From Psammoneis japonica (taxonomy: Eukaryota), in NCBI GenBank assembly GCA_008632985.1, contig QPGO01000086.1, forward strand, positions 124,001 through 188,000: a DNA stretch of 64,000 nt. The letters are read 5' to 3'. Below, piece by piece: positions 55,901 through 64,000 of this stretch. The notes beneath the pieces were generated by a model. It did not search any database and was not told the origin of the DNA. It saw only the letters and a program-made list of their open reading frames with translations. The translations under genes were made by a program, and so were the position numbers. Position 1 is the stretch's first letter; each line of letters begins with the position of its first letter.

Positions 55901-58900
55901 AACTGCAGAACTTGAGCAACTCCTTGTTCGACGTCTAAGGACCTGAAACCGCCACCTCCCAGGGAATGTGGTCCAAACAGAACATCTCGTTTCGAATTTC
56001 GATTGCACCCGCATTTGGCAAAAATCGCACGCGTGGCCTTTCTTTGTACCTCCAACAACTCTTTCTCCTTGAAATGGGCATTTGGGAGAACGCAGGTGGT
56101 CGAGGACAGGCAGCAGGCAAAATGATGGGTCCAAGCCTCGTGTCTGTCAAGGGGGCAAGAACGAAGAAACAAGGCAACACCATCGCTCTTCTGTTTGAGG
56201 GCCGTGTGTTGAGTCTTTTGCGCACCTGCGGGAGCTTTGTGATGACCAAGTGTCTTGTGAGCAGAATGAGCAGATGGTTGTTTGCTAGACCGTGTCGCAG
56301 TTCGGTCAGCAGAAGAGATTTCAATGTCGATCTCCTCATTGTGTGGTCGCAGGTGTGGTTCCCCGTCATCTGTGAACATCCACTCGATTGCATGGAAGGA
56401 GCACTTGGGCAGTTCTAACTCGTGTCCAGCTGCATTCAAAAGGTCACACCACAGCTGATTATCCTCCTGCATCTTTAGAGCCAATTCCAGAATGCAAGGT
56501 TGAGGAGACGCACAAAAGGCGTTCACCTGTTTGGGTGCATCATCCACGCATCCACGATTGAACATCTGCAGAGAAAGAGAGCGGTCAGGGGTCTCGAAAC
56601 AGGCACCGTGTGCACGTTGATCGAAAATCTGAAACAAACTGTCACAGATTTGGTTCCAGTAGAACGGGGAGTTTCCACTGCCCTGTCCAGCACTGTAAAT
56701 CAGAAAGTCATCGGAATGGGAAAAAGAACCTTGAGACAGGCCGAGCACCGCACGCAACCAGCATCGAGCCTCGTGAAGAGTCGAGTTGGCAACCTGGGTA
56801 ACTTCTTTGGGCATTCCGTTGCTGCGGCTTTCAATTGCCACCAAAGCAGGGACATTTCTGTCGCAGCACGAAGTGCAATCGTCATCACTGTGAATGGCAG
56901 ACTTGCGTGCAGCTCTGCTGATCTCCAGCATGAGTTCTTCAAGGCACACGGGAGTGTTGGCATTTAAGAAAGCGCGAGCACCGTAGATCCCAGAATTGTG
57001 TGGTCGACGTTGCTCCATGTTTTGAGCTGGAGCACGCCACTTGATGCTCGAGATTAATTGAAAGTCGGCTTCGCATGTGTGGATGACTCGAAGACGATGA
57101 ATCTTGTTGTTGCCCAGCTCTTTGAAAATCATGACATTTACGACATCTTGCCAACGGTGAAACGAATGCCCCCAGCGGAGAGCGCAATTTAGCAAATTCA
57201 ACCTGATTTGAATGAGGGTGTGTTGAACTTCATCGAGGGCCTCACGATCAACAGCAGGATTGCCTTCTGAATCCGCAGCCTCAGAAAATCGATGAGGAGC
57301 ATGCATTGCCTTCCAATGACCGAGATGGAGTCCAGAACATGTGGACGTAGCGGCAGTTTCTGTCCAACGTTTTATTTTCCCTTCAAGGTCTGAGGCAGAA
57401 AGGAGGTTTGGCACTGACGCTGGTGACCGTTGTCGCAAGTGTTTGATGAAAAGAGCTGTTGCTTCATTCAAAGCAGACGTGTCACACTCGCCGTTGAGAA
57501 TGAGATCCGCCATGATCGTGTCACCTTCACAACCGAGGTCCACCGACAGTGGAGGGACTGTTGGGGGTGTGCCGTGTGCTTGACCAAAGTGTTTCTGATT
57601 CCGTTGACGGAGAGCAGTTGCTGCGTCTTCCGGAGCATCGACAGTGACCCAGTCTTGACATTCTTTCAGAGGAATGGAGGGATTGCGAGGAACTTGTACA
57701 CTCTGCACACCAGTGTCCTTCTGGGTGCGACAAGAATCTATCTTCTCAAACAATTTCTTCATTTCTTCTGCCTTGCGGATGTCACGCAACACAGTGGCCT
57801 GCTTGCGGGAAGCCTTGGTGTTTTCTAAATCGAGTGCTGCTGTCTTTTCTGACATCTCCCATTCACGGTGGACCACGCTGTCGGCAGCCAAGCGCTTGCA
57901 GTCTTCCTGAGCAGCACGTAACTCTTGTTGACACTCTTGCAAAGTCTCCGGAATGGAAAAGGATCCACTGAGTTTATCCCGAATCGACCGAATCTGTGAG
58001 ATGTGGTCTAATTTTGTCCGCATCATTGATGCGAGGCGTGAAAAGATGTGCACCCTACATCTCAAATCTGCCAGTTCTACCGACCAGTCTGGTTCGCGGT
58101 GAGAGCGGCATTTCTTGGCGGCAGCGAGGGAGAGCTGGGTAAGATCACGGTCTGGGCGTTCTGCCAACGCATGATTTGGAGTTTCGAGGTCAATTGACTG
58201 ACGCGACCTCTCCAATGCTGAGTGGCTCTGAATCATGGGGCCGATGGCTTGAAGACAAGTGGTGGTCTGAGGTTTGGATGTTGCCTGAAGATCCCGGAAA
58301 GATGCCTCAGGTAGATCGACGGTGGGATTGCCAAAAAGGGCCACCGTGTCAAAATCCACAAAGCAAGCACGATGATCAGACACAACTCTACAGCCAAAAG
58401 CTTCGCATCCGCCGAACCGTGCCGCAGCGAGAGCACCAGGTGAGGCGAGTGCGCAGTCGAGGCGCTTGGAACCCCTTGTGTGTGCAGTGAAGTCGTTGTC
58501 GCCCACAATGTCAAACAGAACGTCGGATGAATCAAAACGTTGTGCAACAGCAGCCAAAGAGTCTGTGTCGAAGTTGAAATCAGTGTTAAAATCGCCAAAG
58601 ATGATCACCTCCCTGTGCGGTTCTGCCACAAAGTCCTGCAAAACACGGGATGAGTTGGCACAAAAGGCTTTCCTGGGGTCAAGGATCTGACGGCCTTGTT
58701 GTCGGAGAAGAGACATTTGCTGAGCATGAGCTGTTGTTTTCCCCGGGTGTTGTTGGTTTTTAGCGCAAACTCGACAGCAAGAGACAAACATCACTTGGCG
58801 TCCGTTCCTGCCGTCGAAAACTTGAATAGACCACCGACCAAGTGGGTCTGATTCTTGAGTCCGAAAACGTGCTGATGTCGAATTGCAAGACAACAAAGCC

Positions 58901-61352
58901 GTGCCACCTGGTTTGCATTGAGCAGTGAAGGTGGCAGAGCTGGTCGAGAAAGTGGATCGCCCATGGTGCAGAGATTTGGAGACAGCAGAATGGCAAACAG
59001 AGAGAATGTCAAATTGGATGGTGTCCAGACACACTTCAGAGATGCCAATGACGTCGGCTTGGATTTCCGAAGCAATTTGACAGCACTCATTTACATCCCC
59101 GCCGCGCTTGTCGAACTTGCAACCATTGGTGTTAAAGGCGCACAGACGTGTGTGATGTGGAAGCTTGGGTCGAAGTGCATCGCCCACAGGTTCATTGGTC
59201 TTGAGGCGAGAAAAATCGATCCGGCGATCAGCAGGAGGATGACAGCTGCGTCCGTCGAGAATTTGCTGCCATGCGAGAGAGGGATCATCAGTCGAAATCG
59301 CACCACTCATGGTTGGGCCATGCTCCTCCGAAGAGAAGACTGAGGCTTAGAGCACTGCATTAACTTGAGGTTCGGTTGAAAGGAGAAAGGCCGACATCTG
59401 GAGGTCCGACGAAAAATGGAAGTTAAAGTGAGAGGTGAGTGGAGCCGAGCAACAATGTCGGGAGGATGCCCAATTTCTTGAGGGGGTGGAGGCGGCGAGA
59501 TCCAACCCCTGCCTGAAAATCCGATTCCCTGTCTTTGTTGTCCCCAGGGCGCTCGGGAGTTTCCATGTGGTTGGGGCGTTTTCTGGCGGAGCTCTGAGAC
59601 GGTTGACTTGCTTGAAGGAGTTTAACTGTTTGGTTCATTTGGTCCTGCATGGCGGCCAGTTGCTGGGAGCATTGTGACTGAAGTGCGGCCATGTCTTGAG
59701 TGTGTTGTTTGTTGAACGTGTTGTTCAAAGCTTCCACATCCTTGGAATGCTGTTGGCGGAGTTCGGCCAGGGCCTGATCGTTCTCATGTTGCATCTGGGA
59801 CAACGTCTGTTGCACTTCCGCCATCTGAGCTGAAGCAAGAGAGGAGCTCGACGTAGATTGAGCAGCTTGAGCATAAGACAATTGGGGAGACGGCATGCCA
59901 GGGCATCCAGCACAACCAAGTTTCGACGGAGATTGGGAGGAAAGGGGGGTGAAGATCTGAGGTGGAACCGCAGAACCTCGCGCAGGACCTCGACCGGGGA
60001 ATCCTCGTCCTGCATGTCCGCAACCAGGATGAGATTGCGATGGAGGGTGATGATGCGCACTGGGAGCATGAGTGTCTGTCAAAGGAGAAACGTCCGAAAA
60101 GGTCAGGGATTCGAGACTGCGAATGCTCGCAGAGACGATGGATTTGCTGGTCTCCGACGGTTCGTCAAAAACGCCTGAGACTTGAGGATGATCTGGGAAG
60201 GGAGGAGTCGGGTGAGATTCTTCCGGCAGATCTGGAATGAGATTCATAACACACGTGGAAATTGCGGCACGTGCTGTCTTGAAATCCACTCGATTGACAA
60301 GAACATTGTACCTCCCGTCGGCGGAGTTAGAGGCGCAAATGTCCTGCACGCCTTTCAAGGCCCTGACATTTTGTTCGAAGTAGAACATCACATCTGGGGA
60401 AGCACACAAGAGCGGGACGATGTATGTGTTTTCATTGCGGCGGGCTTGAGTTTTGACAGCGTTGTAGAAGGCCAAGGGAGAGAGGCAACGGGTCTTGGCC
60501 ATCACGATGTGGGTCGGGAGTTTGTCAGATGCGTGCAACAAGACTCTCCCGGCAGTGCGACACTCATCATTTTGAACCTCAATGGCAAAAGTCGTTGTGC
60601 GAATGGGAGTGGCGAGTTTGTCATTATCGGCTCGGATTGACGCAGGTGCCAGACGAAACTTTGGCATCTTGGTCTTGAATTCACCCAAATCTCCAAGAAA
60701 CTTTTTGGTGGCGTCGTCGACTGGAGCATGTTTCGCAGCGGTGGCAATGCAACAGGCCGGTGTCGCCGCACCAATCACTGATTCATTCCAGGCGTGTCGT
60801 TTCATGCCCATGTTGTTCAGATCCAAAATGCTTTGAACATGAGGATGAGAGCGAATTTCGCGAAGCGGTGACTTTGTAAGAATGCGATGACATGAGCGAT
60901 GGGCAACCGGGCGTTTTTCACCACTGCGAGCAGTGGAGATGACGAAGTGACGTTCGTGCTGAAGGGAGGAAATCCAATCAGCCACATTGATTTGCGTGAT
61001 TCGGTTGTTGTGGTTATCAAGGATTTGCACGTCTTTATGACACGTGAAAAGAATCTGCTGTAAGACTTGCAAATGGGCGGTGACAAGAGTCATCGGCTTG
61101 CATGTCGCTGCAGGGCCACGAATTTCGAAGCGAAGAGCAATCTCTTCGAACTGACGCTCTTTCGGTTTAGAAGACGACTCAAGAGAAGTCTGATCGACGG
61201 TAATGTCATCTGCCATGTTGGCGTTGTGGATGGGAGGAGGGGCATGGCTGCCGTCAATGACGGAAGGAGACGCCATGGTGATCGGCTGTTCTACGGGGAG
61301 CCTGGTGCTGAAAACACGCAGGTACATTCAATGCCAGCAATCGCAGAATTAT
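52921..61352 (-). mobile_element. Non-LTR retrotransposon 2 (APE-RT-RNase H, Ambal-like): ORF1 61327-59423, ORF2 59310-53040 interrupted by a MITE
   Basis: TSD GCTGTCGTTAG (52907-17, 61353-63); (GTTTT)n 3' tail; FGDFN, SDHR, GQGSGNSP, GCVDD, DGSV, WVKGHQD, CAHC..HILRC. Confidence 0.92.
55278..55667. mobile_element. MITE family A, lightly mutated copy nested in LINE 2 ORF2
   Basis: ~25-bp TIR GACGCGTTCCAG....AGGTGGGAC; TSD ATTG; excision restores the frame QRDDDQ-CVVDVAL. Confidence 0.92.
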
Positions 61353-61449
61353 GCTGTCGTTAGCGCAGTTTAATCGCCATAAGACCGCGACGCAGGACAC
61401 CTCCGCCGTCTTTGTTCTATCGCAGAAAGAATTCGACACGGCACGTGGC

Positions 61450-64000
61450 ATGAATGACCAACCACCAAACGCCGTGAATCCTGGCAATGGGCATCCGCCC
61501 GGGCAGCCACCGCAACCACCGCCGGGTGCACCGCCACCGCCGGTGCACCCCGTGCCACAAGCGGGGCAACCAGCCCAGCCACCACCGGGTGCACCCACTG
61601 ACCAAGCACCGCAAGGAGGGCCGGGCGTGCAGCCACAAGCAGCTGCCCAACCGGCGCCGCCAGCCGGCGCAGCCCAGGTTCCCCAACAAGGGAACCCCAG
61701 GACCCACCAAGATTTTTTCGCGATGAATGCCAAGGACCCCCACCAAGGGGTCCACACGGAGCCCATGATTGACTTTGCTGCCCGTGCACAGGGGGCCTCC
61801 CATTGCAACCCACAAGCCCCAGCACAGAGGGTGTCAGCGGCATCCGAGCACAACGTGCCGATGGCGTTGGCGCACCTCTGCCGCGCGCAGGGCGCACCAG
61901 ATGAAGGGTCGATTCAGGTGCACCACCGCGTTTCAACCCACCCGACTGCCGTTGTCGGGCCTGCACAGCCGTGGGACGGAAATGCCTGTGCCCTAGCCGG
62001 GGACCTGGTTGCAAACCAGTTCACAGCAGTCCCGTGTCCACCAGAGGAGATGGGCCTCGCCGCCGCTGGCACATTTGTCCTGGACGACACGGGGATGGCT
62101 GCGGAGATCACGGCGCACCCTGAAGGGTTGGTGGGCCCCGCGGACCCGAGTGCAGCAAACACGGCAGAAGTGCGTGCGCGATTCACGATGCACGTTCCGT
62201 TCGCCTGCATGAACATGCTTCTCCCAGGGGGTCTGTCCCCGAAGCAAGCTTTCACACGAATTCTTGGAGCGGCTGCGGCCAGGAACGAGGTCGACGCAAC
62301 ACGTCCTTTGTTGGACCATCTCAAGGTCGCGTGCACCGCCACGGCGGGGGACCCCCACGCATCGGCCGTTGCACGAGAGTGGCCAACCATGCCCCAGCCC
62401 CCGAACGCGGCGCTCATGCGGCACTTCGACCAGAAGGTCAATTTCGACCTGCCGGGGCGTGACAAGCTTGTGCTTCCGCCCCATCACATCGCACCAGTGG
62501 TGAGGGCAATCGATGGACTCACGACCGAGCAGTGTCAGACGCACATTGACGCGCAGGCACGCCAGCGAGCCGCCGAGCAAGGAAAGACGCCGGCACAAGC
62601 GTTCGGCGATCCAGGCATGTACAAACTTGTGAGACTTTGCCAAGTGTACACCGAAGATCAGCTGCCACCCATGTGGCCACGCCTCGCGCGGGCTTCCAAG
62701 GCGGGACGCATCACTGAGGTCCAGAACGCAGTTGATGAGACGCGCCGCGCCTTGGGAGCACGTTTCCGCATCCCGGTCACTGTGAGTTTGGCATCAAAAT
62801 TGATGAGCCTCAACTTTGCTGGAGACAACAGAGATGACCCTGCCCAAGGAGTCAACCCGCACCAATTTGGTCTCACGACCCCAGAGCAAGCGCAGCAAAT
62901 CACTCACCGTGCTGCCATGTGCCGCCAGATCCACGGAGGTGACAGTCGGCCCAGTCTCACCGATGCGATGGTGCTGGAAACGCCTGACGACGCACGCGTG
63001 ACCACCACCATCGAATTGCTCCAACATTGTTTGGAGAGCACACGTGTCGTGCTCGCAACACTGCTGGGCACGGGACACCCTGTGGTCCAGTGCTTCACGG
63101 ATTCCCGGCAGGACCTGGACATGTGCGCCGAGGACCTGGCTGTGGAGTGCTCCCGGAATCCAACACCAGCAGCAGACATCCAGCGTCATGTGCAGGTGGA
63201 GCTCATGTCTTGGTTTTGGCTGCAGGAGACAGCCTGCAACACCGCGGTCCCATTCCATGTGCACCGAGTGGTGGGCGATGCTTCAAAGGGAAACGATTTG
63301 TGGCGTCACATGCTGCCCCCTACAATTGCATTGGTTTCCGGGAGCGTGCCCGCCCCAACTGCTACGACTCCCTCGTTGGCCCAGCCCGTGGGTGGTGCCG
63401 TGCAAAATCCACGCCCAGGCGTGCCGGGCGACAACACGCCAGTGCGCAACCCCCAATGCGACGAATGCTTCAATGCCGTCCGCGATCATCCCAACATTGG
63501 GTCACGGGAGGTAAAGTGGTGTTGCACTCAGAATGGGGTCGCACTGCCAGTCGACGCGCAAGGAAACCCACGGTGCCTCCCGCACCACTTGAAAGGGCAG
63601 CACAACTCAAACTGCGGGTGTGCAGCGGACCATCACAACAACCATGCGGAGAGCGACCAGGCAAACCTCCTCACGTGGGCAATGGAGCATTGGAAGACCG
63701 AGTGGGTCTTCGGCAACGGCCCGAGCTTGGGGACTCTGGGCCGAGAGCCTTTTCAGCTGCCACCGGCATCGTTGGCAGTGCTGCCACCCCCGCAGGCGGA
63801 GAGATCCACAGACAGCAATGGCCGCAGCACCTCACGTGCGCAGGCTGTTGCAGACGCTGTACAGACTGACAAACTGGGCAAGCGAACACTGCGTGACACA
63901 CAATTGCTGCGTCTTAGAGGACCAAGTCACTTGTTGCGTCGCCGCAGCGGCAGAGGGGACTGGGGACCGTTGCACCGCACACGCAAGCACCCAGCCCACA
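61450..64000 (+). mobile_element. Probable gag-like ORF and start of pol of a tyrosine-recombinase (DIRS/Ngaro-like) retroelement; open to the window end
   Basis: Read by hand: 850 codons with no stop, absent from the ORF track. P/Q-rich N-terminus, C/H cluster RCLPHHLKGQHNSNCGCAADH near 63570-63633, TpA depleted. Family assignment is from recalled similarity only. Confidence 0.5.

Noticed and set aside
42857..61327. Alternative genetic code or RNA editing as the cause of Tyr>Cys/His
   Set aside because: Host genes use Tyr normally, and TA loss also covers non-coding DNA and both strands of DNA transposons.

Overview
Eukaryotic DNA with GT-AG introns, most likely from a diatom (ASAFAP-type plastid signal, RXL motifs, diatom-type Copia and APE-RT-RNaseH LINEs). 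Ordinary genes include tubulin cofactor D directly upstream of beta-tubulin, proline dehydrogenase, HMG-box, EEP-family, LRR and FAD-monooxygenase genes, several secreted proteins and a Crinkler-like nuclease. They alternate with transposon-rich domains holding a Copia remnant, a PIF1/Helitron remnant, two TSD-bounded LINEs, a probable tyrosine-recombinase retroelement and two MITE families. The main signal is that these domains (about 10.2-18.6, 20.9-22.7, 43.4-49.3 and 53-64 kb) have lost nearly all TpA dinucleotides through apparent A>G/T>C hypermutation, mainly TAY>TGY on either strand, turning Tyr into Cys or His. Two internal duplicate pairs (a MITE and a ProDH copy) show the substitutions directly. 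This is the opposite direction to fungal RIP, appears to precede CpG decay, and may be an undescribed genome-defence mutagenesis system. All assignments are by eye; no database searches were run.
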